This document shows positions 37,944-50,800 of a stretch of DNA of 64,000 nucleotides, one piece after another. A program made the translations under genes and the position numbers. Position 1 is the first letter of the stretch; each line of letters opens with the position of its first letter. The notes beneath the pieces were generated by a model that ran no database searches, was not told the DNA's origin, and saw nothing but the letters and a program-made list of their open reading frames with translations. This stretch comes from Auanema rhodensis (Eukaryota; Animalia; Nematoda), in assembly GCA_964057225.1 (NCBI GenBank), contig OZ059894.1, positions 14,632,001 to 14,696,000 on the forward strand, in the 5' to 3' direction.

Positions 37944-40900
37944 CTCTTTCGCTATTACTTCTGAGCGTGTTCTCTACAGAAAAAATAATTCAAAAGAACT
38001 GATTATTTGAGAATGATTGATTATAGAAGAATCTATTGAGCAAGTTTTGTTTATTTTATCTTTTTCGATTTTTTCTATTCATTCTGAGCTTTCGTTGAAA
38101 AAAAAACATTTAAGCTGAAACATTCTTCACCGTAACCTGCAGAACGCTCGTTTAAACACTTTAATCTTATGAAAACTTAAAAAAACTTTTTGAAACAGTT
38201 CAAGTTTAAAAGAAAATCCGAACCTGAATATCCTTTTCTCTTTCACTTGAACTCTTTGTCTTTTCATATCGCTTTTTTAAAAGATTTGTTTAAACATATT
38301 GTGTAAATTATTCAATTTTAATTATATTATTTCTAATTATATAAAAAAATTAGATATGATATTATACTTTTGAGATATAGTTTATATACATATAGTTAAC
38401 TATATTCTTCTATATTCTCATATGTATTTGACCACCCATCGTGTCTTTAATGGTTTATGGGAAGATTTCTCACCAATACCACCAACAGAGTTTCATGACT
38501 TCTTCATGTCAAAATTTTATGTTCTTCTAAATCGGGTTAATATTTCAAATAAATTTACATTAAAAATCATTAAAAGCTAATTCTATTGATGGAAATAGAT
38601 TAAGATGACTTGTTTCAAATTCAATAATGAATTAATCGCAATGATATCTTAAGGGCAATAAAATTAAAAATAATACGTTTTCATATGTTATTCCTCCCCC
38701 ACCCTTAAAGCTTCAAGCTTCAGTATTTTTTTGAGAAAGGTAATTTGATCGAAAACAAATTTACTTTAATAAATTCAAAAAAATGAATAAAGTATTATAT
38801 ATAATTTGTAAAGTAAAACTTTAATTATTTGGTATGAAGCAGTTAACTTAATATTCAATAAAATTTTGTTAATTAAAACTTTGCTTCCGCTTCGAATTTC
38901 AATAAAAATTTCATACGAAATATCATTGTTGAATCAGAGTTTGATGATAATGCAATAATCTCAATTTCAAGAAGTAAAGTACATAGAAAATTGATGTTTA
39001 TAGCTTGGATCAGAAGAGGTATGAGAAGAGATGTGTCGTCCTTCGTAGCTCACCCGCTGAGAGAGAATATGTTCCTTTGTTTGCTTCAGGAAATATTTCT
39101 CTAATGTAGAACAGTACATATAAAGTACTAAATGAAAGAAAAAATAAGATTAAATAGTATTTTGAAAAATATTATACTAACTATATGTATATAATAATAG
39201 TTAATATATATTATATGATATAGGACATTGATTATATAATAAATATATATAGTTATAGTTAGTAATACCTTCTATACGTAACTTTTGAAATAATTGGTAA
39301 AAATAGATGTGAAACAGATAAACATTTGAAATTTAAATTAAAATTGGACGTAAAACTAAAAGAAGTTGTATCATATAGAATACGATGATGATGTTAATTT
39401 CTTCATTGATTTGTGTACTTTTGAGAAATTTAAAAAATAATTTAAAGATATAATATCTACTATATGGATATACATACATACATACATATAAGTAAATATG
39501 AATAGAAACAACAAATCAATATAAAAATTCAAAAAGAACAACTGTAATGTTATTTGAATGAAGAAAATGATAAAAAAAAAGAACGAAAGAAGGGAAAGAA
39601 TAGAAGAGAAAAGAGATGATGCTGTTACAGGTCATCTGAAGGTGAACAAGATGTAAACGAACGTAGAGATTGAATAAGAAAGTGAGAAATAGAGAAAACT
39701 GAGGAATTAAAGTGCAAAATGCTATCTGAATTCAACGTTTTTCAGGATCTTCAATGACTCAGCTTGAGAAATGGGTATCGGCACTTCAAAACGCAACAGA
39801 GCAGATCCAAATAAAGAGCCTCCACTATCGTCTACATGACGTCATGTTTAAGCATTTCAACCATATTTTTTTTGGTTTTTTTGTGGGTTAACAAACGTAA
39901 AAAAAGACGAATATCTCATTTGATATATTTGAACTTGAGAAGAACAAAGAAAAATAAATATTTTTCTATTAAAATCAAATTTTAGATTTAATTGTTATTT
40001 ATAATATTTATAATAATAAAATATATTATTATTATTGTTATTTTTTCTTTTCAAAAAAAAAAAAAAGAATAAAGTTAAAATCTGTTAGAGAAATAACATA
40101 TGAAGGTGCCTTCAGATCATAAGATTTGCATATATTTTATTTGAAAACTTGTTCTTTTTTTCGATATAATACAATGTTTTTAACTAAATAAAAGTTTTTG
40201 TTTCAAAAGTTATTCAAAGATAATAAAAAAAGTTTTTTGTTGGTTAAAATGAAGAAGAAAAGGAAATTAATTAATATAAAGTCGATAAGAAGGTAGTAGG
40301 TATGAATGAGCTATAAGCATTAATTATTTTCAATATGGAAAATATTACAAGATTTCATAAAAGATAATATACTATATATGAAGTAAATATAACTATTATT
40401 ATTGATTTTACAGCATATTTTTAGTTAGAATAGGCGGTAGGTTGCAGTGATGTTGCAAAAGGTTGGTCAAGTTTTCTAACTATATACATGGCTATGCTAA
40501 TGAAGTCATGTATATAGTTATAACAATGACAGAATGTTCTATTTATATTAAATCGGTTCTCGTAAAGTTATTCCTTAAACTGAATAGAACAAAAATAAAT
40601 AAATTTTGCCTTTCGAAACATTGAGCTAACAATAAAGACATATTTTTTTGAAAAAAAAATGAAAATAGTACATCTAAAAGCCAGAAGAATAATATTTACA
40701 CTATGATTCTTCAAAATCTTGTTTTTTTCCAAAAGAAAGAAGAAGAAAATACCGAAAAACGTTTACCAGACGATTTTTTTCCCAAAAACGCTTGAAGTAC
40801 TTATCATGCTTGATTATTAAAAATAATTCATAGATATACATAAGTTACAAATTAGAAAATTTAATTCATGCAGTCGTACTAATTCGACCTGAATTGTCTT

Positions 40901-42243
40901 GGGAAAATTCATTATTTACTCAAGTAGTTCATAGTCTAGAGATATAGGTTTTACAAATAAAAAAAAATATAAATAGTTATTTATTATAATTTATATATAG
41001 TTAAAATATGAGGAATATAGTTATGACAAGATTATGATAATTCGCAAAACAAGAGAAAGTATGATATGGAAAAAAAAAGATAACTTTCAAACAAGATGAT
41101 TCGACATTTTGTTGTTGAAAGTGAAAAGAATGTAAAAAATTCTTTTTTTTTTCATAAAAATGAAATCATGAAAGAAGTTAGTGAAAAGCTAAAAAAAACT
41201 ATTCGATGTTCAAGGCTTTGAGCAAATAGTTCAATGTCCGAGCTTTTGAAATTTTATTTTGATATGATTCAAGTTACACCTTTTTACTTGATTTTTAAAA
41301 AGATGTCTGCAAAACTATCATACATAAAACATGCGTTAGTAAAGACATGAATGAATGAATATTCACGTAATCACGTATGTATAGTTAGAATGCTAATTTT
41401 CCACGTGATAGATGAAAAGTATGAAGACGAAATATGTTATTTAGATATGATGTTAGATGACGAACGGTTGTGAGTTTTCAGGTTGAGTCATCATTTACCT
41501 AATATAATCCTATATCTGTTTTCATTGTTGACTATTCAAAATGAAGCAAATGTATAGAGGATTGTAATGCATTTTTAATTACAATCGATATACATATTGA
41601 TAGTTTTATAGAAAACATTAATAGTTGTTGTTTTTAATATTAAAGGAAAGAAAAATGAGAATATAAAGTTTCTTAAACCAAAAATATGTTTGAAACTTAG
41701 AAATTTCAAAGGAAAAAAAAAGTGTGGGAGAGAAAAAGAATAAAGAACGAGATGATAGATTGAGAAAGAACGAGAGGTACAAGGAGAAAGTTAGAGGGAA
41801 AGAACCAAAAAATATATAAGAAAAGAGATACTGATCATTGCTGTGAAAATGAGGAGAGAAAGGACGAGATCAGTTCGAAGGGCAGACATCCTCTTCTTGG
41901 ACCAGACTGAATTGGTAACATTTCAGCTGGTCCACGAATTTTTAATCAAGTCGATGGGATGTTCCGGCTGCATTTCATTTTCTCTCATCCTCCCTCGCTC
42001 TTTCTCTCCTTTTTTTTTCTCAAAAAATGGACAATGACTCCCAAGAATCGCCATACAAACGATAATGTTGCAAATAAAAGAAAAACTATGCTTTAATTGG
42101 TTATTCTTAGCCTTTTTCCGTTTTTTTTGAGATTCTTTAAACCAAAAAAAAAGGATAATACCTGTTACAACAAGGTTACGATAATACTCTAAATAACTAA
42201 AATAATCTTTTAAAAATGGTATATATAGAACATGAATGATGTA

Positions 42244-42246
<3 letters not shown>

Positions 42247-42285
<39 letters not shown>
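42247..42285 (+). repeat. (CT)n microsatellite
   Basis: Perfect CT array of ~39 bp. Confidence 0.95.
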
Positions 42286-42288
<3 letters not shown>

Positions 42289-42944
42289 CATTTGTCATTC
42301 ACACTCTTCTTATCCTTATTTACCTTTTATATATTTTATTTATTTCTGTTTCTCTTCCTATCTTTCTTTCTGTATCTATCTTTTACCTCTATTCATTTTT
42401 CTCTTCCTCTATCATTCTCTCGTTTATAATTCTTCATTTTTCATCTGATATTTCGTATAACTTATGAGTTACTAGAGAGACATCCCAAAAAATTCTTTCA
42501 AATTTCATTATTTCAAAGAAAAATATAAACAAGATAGCTTTATGTTCTTTAGAAACTAGCATGTGATGATGATGATCATACAGATGCGGTTGTAGTTCCT
42601 TGTGACTTTCACTATTTTGGCGGTCGACCAAAACCTCAGTAAAATCGTTTTCAACATTCCTTTGTTTTAATTCGCAAACACTTGCTAATAGGAGAAGGTC
42701 TAAGGCTTGATCACGTGAATTTATGAAAAACAGCAGATGAGGAATATGCATATGATGCTCACATGTGAATCTTTCCAACGATTATCGTCGACGTCGTTCA
42801 CCGTCACGATGTCGTCGGAGGCTCGCGCTGAACATGAATAACCATGTGTTCAGCAGTGAGTGTTCAGTACGGTAACTGACAGATGTGCCTCACTGTCATC
42901 GAGCGGATATATCTTTCTCACCCTCACTCTCTCTATATTCATTC

Positions 42945-43010
<66 letters not shown>

Positions 43011-43019
43011 TTCTCTTTC
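42945..43019 (+). repeat. (CT)n microsatellite
   Basis: ~75 bp imperfect CT array. Confidence 0.95.
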
Positions 43020-44022
43020 GGAGAGTATGTTATTTTCATTTTTGCTTTGGAAATTCTTTGAATAACTATAGCTGGAAGTTTGCCAATTGTAGTGAAATTT
43101 CTCTTCAATCTTCAATAATTTGGATAGAAATCAGATTTAGTGAGAAAAATAAGATAAATGAAGCAAAAAAATGAGAAAAAAAGTAAAAAAAAAAAAAAAA
43201 GAAAGATCTTTAAGTAAAACATTAAAAACATTTCTTATGAATAAATATATATTTAAGAATGAAGAAGACAATGTTGTATAGCTTTATGCAAGATTACTAG
43301 TAACAATGCTTACAACTTTCTAGAGTATATTTAGAAAGTTATAAAGATTCATAAAATAAATTTTATTTCAAAATACTTTAGTATTCAGAAGTAAAATAAT
43401 CAGAAATCATGATCTATATCATCACATATCATTGGATATTCATTATAAATTTTATAAAATATAATAATAAATAATAGTTTATGAAAATGATTTATCTTGA
43501 TTTACTGTGGTCATTGAAGTAGGTGAATTTATAATTATAATTAAGAAATATTATACAAATATATATATTTTCTTTAAAAAAAAGGAATGAAAAGGATACA
43601 AAAAAATGTCTAAAGAAGTTATAAGATTGTTATAAGATTCAGAAAATCTGTTATAATCTAGTCAGTCTCAGTCAGTCAGTCAGTCTCTCTATAACTAATG
43701 CTTTAAAATCACTTAATATAAATGTACTTTACAGGTAAAAAACTGTTCTAAACTACCTATAAAACTGACCGATATTTATGAAATTAAATGAAAATATAAT
43801 ATTTGATGTGAAAATATTTGGAAAAAAGATTCATAATTTCCAACTAATTCTAGAGCACGTAAAATCAGATAATCTTATTATATGGCACATGAAAAAGTAA
43901 AAAAATAGTTTTTGATCATATGCTAGTTAGTCTATGAAGAGGTATAGTCAGAAAATAGGAAAAAAAGTTAAATCTTTTTCATATTGTATTATAGGAAACT
44001 TTGTTCTCTTTGCTATTGAGTG

Positions 44023-44037
44023 TCTCTCTCTCTCTTG

Positions 44038-44091
<54 letters not shown>

Positions 44092-44099
44092 CTATCTAT
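44023..44099 (+). repeat. Compound (CT)n-(TATC)n microsatellite
   Basis: CT array that changes into TCTA/TATC tetranucleotide repeats. Confidence 0.93.
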
Positions 44100-46464
44100 G
44101 ATCTGTAAACTTGCTAACGATATATGTTATTAACTACATGTAATTAAAGGATTTATATATTTATTAGACTTTTAAATAAAAGTATTTATACTTGATTAAC
44201 CTGAGTAAAACCAGTACATGAGTATCGACCAAATCACCTCAAACCTATAATGCTGCACTATCCAATGCTAGATGTTGCAACTTTTCGCGCATTTTATAGC
44301 GGTCAATAGCATGTCGAATCAGATGGTTTTACGTTTTTACGTGGAAATTGAATTAAGAGAATTACTATATCTGTGAAACGATTGTTCAATTTTCGATTTT
44401 TTTCGAAGGTTTAGTGGATGCTCGTTAAAAAAATTTTAAGTTCAATATTGTTCAACATGAACACGATATATTTGGAACAAGAAATTAAATAAAAAGGAAA
44501 TATCAACTAAAGAAAAAATGTATCTATGCTTTATTTGGATATGAAGCTGGATAGATGTATGTTAAGTTTCCAGCTGATGACCAAGTTCAAAACTTAAGAG
44601 ATGACGCCGCAGGCAAACATTCTAATATTTAAATATGGAATGTTGATTTGAGAATGAAATGATGATGGTCATAGCATAATGTTGATTATGAATCCAAAAA
44701 TAGAGAGAATATAGATATTAATTGATTATATTCTTGGAACAAATTGAGCTTTACATGAATATTTGTTTCTAAAACGTGAAGAGAGGATATACCAGCTGAC
44801 AAAACTTCTAGTCAATAGATAAAATACACATGTTGTACAAATAAAGCATTATTTCTAAATGAAAAGTTAAAGTTGCAACATTTAATTATACATTTATTCT
44901 CTCTTTTTTCATTAAGTGTATATTAAGAATCATATAAAATTTGATTGAATAGTTAGAAAGATAGAGAGTAGATCTAGTAGATGTATGTTCAAATATGTAT
45001 TCCTCAACTTTTTCTTAATAATTGTTTAGAAAATTATAAGTTATTTTCTATTTTTTATTAAGTAAAATAAAAAAATAAATAGCTTTTGATCGAAAAAGTT
45101 TATTTTCTTCTTGGAAAGAACAATTTTGTTCCAATTTTTTGTCATCTTCTTACAACTTGTATGGAATGTTTGTTCAAAACCATATGGCAAAAAGTCAACA
45201 CCGTCAGTGAAGAAAAGATTTTTTTTTTTTTTGAAAAAAGACAGGTTGATAAAGAGAGTGAGCAAGTTAGAGAGAAAAAGAAAGCAATAGAGAGAAATAG
45301 ATGGAGGGAAATGAAGAGTGAAAGAGAGGAAAAACGACGATCACAAAGTTTTTTGATCGTTCAAGATGAGAAAACGAAGACAACGCCATTCTGTTACGAA
45401 GTTAGGAAAAAATTAATTATAAGACTGTTCTCCAGATTTGTATTAGTTGAGCTTTTTTTTTTGAAAAAGTGGGGGTGGAAAAGTGGATTTTTTTGAAAAT
45501 TTTTGAATCACTAACCAAATATGAAAAAATCAAGAACTGAATCATAATATTGACAAGTTCAAAACAAAAAAAAATACGTATATATAAGGTTTTTTTTGAA
45601 AAACTTGTACCTTTTTGATTTTTTTGTTATGAAAATAATTATCCTAAAGTTTCTGAACATAAAAAGAGAGTAAACTACAGAGAAAGAGGGAGAGAGAAAG
45701 AGGGGAGAAGAGGAAATGAACTGAAAGAACATCTCTTCGTCTTTTTCTTCTTCTTATCATCTTTCTCTTTTCGTACTTTCTCAGTTTTTTCGTAAATGTG
45801 TATGATACAGGAATACATCAGATTTCCCGTTTTCTACGGGCATATCCACCTTTTATATATGACCATGTAAGATGATGAGACTGTACTCGAAATAAATAGT
45901 TATAGACTTTATTGGCTAGAGGTCAACGAAACGGGGCTTGCAGCCTCCCAGAAGACTTACAAGGCCACTCGAGTGAAGCGAATCTAGTGATTTAAGAAAA
46001 AAAACGGTCATACACTCTCCGCTCTTATAATAAGCAGAAAATAAATGAAAAATCATTTTTGTATAAAAGGAAAGTATTCTATTTCAATATCTTAATTATA
46101 TGAAATATAAGATAAATTATATGATAAGATGATGCAAAACTAATAAAATGATAAAAGACTGACGAATGAAATAATTGAATAATTGAAAATGATCTCTCTT
46201 TTTGCAAAAAAAACCAAAAAATCAGAGAAGTTGATTGTAAATGATGATGGAATGTAACTGATGACATGTATTATCAATACGGATTGTGGATCAAATGTTT
46301 CGTTGATGTCTGCCTTAGATGATGTAAGGGTAATCATTCAAAGTTATAGCATCATATATCATGAAAATCTTTCTTTCTTTTTTTTTAAACGAAAGATCTA
46401 TTCATACCTATAAAGGAAATGAATTTTTTCTTTCATTTCTGAACTTAAAAAGATATACTTACAG

Positions 46465-46467
<3 letters not shown>

Positions 46468-46499
<32 letters not shown>

Positions 46500-46560
46500 G
46501 AGATTGAGAGGGAGAGAGAGAAAGTTTAAGAGAGAAAGAGTTTGAGAGAGTTAGAGAGAG
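46468..46560 (+). repeat. (GA)n microsatellite with degenerate tail
   Basis: Perfect GA array at 46468-46496, then degenerate GA-rich sequence. Confidence 0.9.
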
Positions 46561-47055
46561 ATAAATAAAAAGAGACTGTAATGATAAAGAATTGAGAGAG
46601 ATTTTTTATATTTCTTATAAATTGAAATGAAACTTATATCATATAGTATTACAAAATTTTTCAAAAAATATATTTTTTTATATAAAAATTCAATTTTTTT
46701 ATTCAAAAAGAAAATGGTATGAGAAAGTTTGAAAGTATTAATATCTATCTACCTATTGAAAACGAACTATGCAGATTTCAAAAAGATGAGAACCGGTGTC
46801 GTTGGTGACATTTGGCAGATTTCCAAATGACAAAAAACTTGTAAAAAGACATAGATATATGTTGAGAGCGTAAAGACAAAAGTTAGAAGAGAATATAGAA
46901 GAGGAAAAGATAGAAAATGAGTGAGAACATTGGCAAATTGACAGAGAGTGATGAAGATGATGATGATGATGATGATGGGAGGCTAAATTTTCTGTACTCT
47001 CTTTCATTTTAAACAGTTAGGCTGTAGTTCATATGCATGCCTTCTTGATGCGTTC

Positions 47056-47057
<2 letters not shown>

Positions 47058-47116
<59 letters not shown>
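47058..47116 (+). repeat. (CT)n microsatellite
   Basis: Perfect CT array of ~59 bp. Confidence 0.95.
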
Positions 47117-47119
<3 letters not shown>

Positions 47120-47610
47120 CTTTTTCATACTCTCATTTCTATCTATTCGTCTTTTCAAACTGTTTTCTTGCCTTTTTCTACTTTTTTTTTCTTATTTGGC
47201 CATATCCCTGTTTTTCTCTGATTCTTTCTTAACGTGCTTTGGGGCAATAATTGACCTTGGTGGCCGAAACTGAAAAACGGTCGATGTTGCGATGCAGGAA
47301 AGTGACAGCGGAGGAACAGCTGATTCAGAGTATTCAAACAATTCACGCAATTCAGCTATTTTTTGTTTTGAACTTAATCATTTAAATTTTAAAAAATAAA
47401 AGAAAAGAAAAGAATATGAAAATAAGAATATAAGAAATGGTAAAATATTCTTCTAGGGGAGTAGGAAAATATAAAAAAAGTTATGAACATTTGATGTATA
47501 TTTCCATTCTATTTATGAATTGTCTACTACAATAAACAAGCATTCAAAGTTTTTAAAAAAAAGTTGTAGCTTGATCAATTTTTTCATATTTTTAAAAATA
47601 CTTCCGCAGA

Positions 47611-47850
<240 letters not shown>

Positions 47851-50800
47851 ATCACAGTCAGATAATTAATATAAAAAATAAAAATGTAGCTAATTTAATA
47901 GATGAATCCATGAAACATTAATATTTAGCTGTAAAATTTTTTTAACTTTGATCATTCCCCCAATTTTTTTAATTAATAAAGTCAATGAGCTATTCTTTAT
48001 GCAATTTTTTTAATTTCAAAAATGTTTTAAAATTAGTTGTATTGTTCTGATTAGTATCAAAAAATTAAAAAAAAAGAAAGAAAGAACAAATATATAGATG
48101 ACAAACAATAGTATAATGCAGCTTATGTAATATACTTGTAACAACACATGGGAGGCAAATGACATTAGATTAAAGACATGACATCAAATCTCTGAGTCTT
48201 GGAAGCTTACTAAATAAACATTTAATGATTTTATTCTGACAATTATATTAAATAAAGAAGTATTGGACTGATTAAAGGCGTTAGAAAACCTAAGTTTCTT
48301 TGTATTTTGTATCTATTTCAACCAACATTATTACCAACAATAGTGATAAGAAAAAGTAATGGAATGATGTGATAAAATGAAGTGATATTATGAAAAGATT
48401 TAGAAATCTTTTCTCAAAGTTGAAAAAATAATGATAATTCTAGATAATGCTTGGGCATTTCTCCAAATATTTCACGTCATAGAATCAGTTGAACTGTTGA
48501 ATATTAAAGAAAAATACAAATTGGGAATAGAAAAAAATCTTTTTTATCTTTGCTATGACTTATTAAATAATGATACATTCATACATATATATATACATAT
48601 ATATATAAGTAAATATGATAAAACATCATCAAAACAGTTTTTCTTCTTGTCTTCTATAATGATCTTGTAGTTCAAAGTTCAGATACTTTAATCTGATGTT
48701 TCATATCATCAGGTTGTTTATGAATTTGTTGATATAATTAACAATCAGCATTAATAAGAAACGGAAAAAGCTACAGAAAAAGTATAAAATGAAATGGAAA
48801 AATGATTAAGATTAGACATAGAGAGTGTAAGAGAAAAGCAGAGAGAGAGAGAGGGAGAGAGAGAGGGGGAGAGGGAGAGAGACAGAGAGAGAGGCGAAAG
48901 TAAAGTAAGGAGTGAAAAATGAATGTTAAGAATAGAGGAAACAACCGTTCATTGTTTATGCACCAAAGAAATAAGAAGGAAAAAGCATCGAAGAACATAC
49001 ACCTTAGTATAGTCACGTGCACACGTGAACTATACGTATCTGGTTATGTAAATTTAATTTGTAAATTTGATGACAAAATGATAGGCGATGAACAACAGTA
49101 ATACCAAATAAAAAAAATTAAAAGAGAGAAAGTGGGAGAGAGAAGAAGAATACGAAGAAAACGAAGAAGAAGAAGAACGATGAAAGAGAGTCAAGAACAG
49201 ACATTGGGGGAGGAGGTGAACAAGTTCTTTTTATATACGAGAAGGATTTCCAATTTGTTTTCACCTTTTTTTACATTGAAATAAGTTGACCTTTTCAAAA
49301 TATCTTTCTTTTAGAAAGTTACTTGTTAATTGAAGACATTAATAAATCAATTTCTGAGACAGTATCACAAGAATAAGAAGAGTAAGAATAAGAGAGAGAG
49401 AGAGAAAGAGAGAAAGAGAGAAATATATAGAGAGAGAGAGAGAGTTACAGAAGAAGGGTAAAAGTAATAGAGAGACAAACTTTAAGAGAATAGAGATAAA
49501 ATGAAAAATACATGCTAAAAACAACTGAGAGCAGCATAGTTTGTGTGAAGTTCTTTTTAAGAAAATTGTTGGTAAAATACCTCAAATTGGCATAAAGTAC
49601 AGATTTCTGCTTGAGATAAGAATTTCTTCAAAGATGCAAGGAAATAATGCCTTTTTAAAGTTTTTTCTTAGCAAGTTCGCTTCTCTCTTGCCAGCTCGTA
49701 GATGTAGATTGAATTTCAGAATGAAATGAAAGACAGATGATATAGTCATTTTAATTATATCATATAAATAAAGTTGCTACAAAGTTTTTTCTTCAATATT
49801 TGTAGAAAAAATATGAAATTGAAAGGAAAACTGCAATATTTTTGATGTCTGGCGACTTTTCACAAGACAAAATAGATAGATGATAGATAGCTTTGACCCT
49901 AGAATGTCGTCTTAAGTTTGAGCCTCCCGAATAGCGAATGTTTTATAATTTGTCGTGGTTGTCTTGCAAACGGCTGGATCTTTTTAAAATATTTTTTGCT
50001 TCCAAATCTGACTCATTTTTTTCCGAAAAGGGCCAACACAAGGGCAGAATAAGTCTAAAGGCTTATGGAAATGATTGAAATTTAAAAAATCTTATATCAT
50101 ATATCTTTAAAAGTAATGTAATCTTGAGAAATGGGTAAATATTCAGAAAATGCAAAGTTAACAAGAAACAAATCTGAAAAATGATAAAATTTGGAAAAAG
50201 AACTGCAAGCTAGCTAGTCCTCCAAGAAAAAAGGGGAAAAAACGATAGCTGGAAAAGGTCAAATGAAGGACAATGTTGTTGGATAAGAGAAAAGATGGGG
50301 TTGATTTGTCATGCATGTATGTATCTCTAATAAAGACAGAGAAACGATGGACAAGTTGCCAAGTTTTTTTTTTAAGTTCTTTATGAAGAATACAAAGAAG
50401 TTTTATGGAAAAATATCAATATGGATATATAAATAGAGGGATTGAGGAAAAGAAAAAGTAGATAGAGAGAAGGAGAGATGGAGAGAGAGAGATAGGGAGA
50501 GAGGGAGAGAGAGAGAGAGGGGAAAAGATTACATACTGATTAGACCTGAATATTATAGAAATAACTGAATATACATATTTGCGTATAATAGAATAGAAGA
50601 ATATAGAAACATAAAACTGTGTTTATTATTTATTTTAATTTTAAAATATTTAAAAACTTAATACTTGAACAGACATAAATAATATTAATTTAACAAAAAA
50701 TACAAAAAAAAATTTAATTTCAAAATTTAATAAATTATTATTGTCATCAAACAGGAAGTTATTATTTAATTTGAAAAAATATGTGAAAAAAATAGATGGG

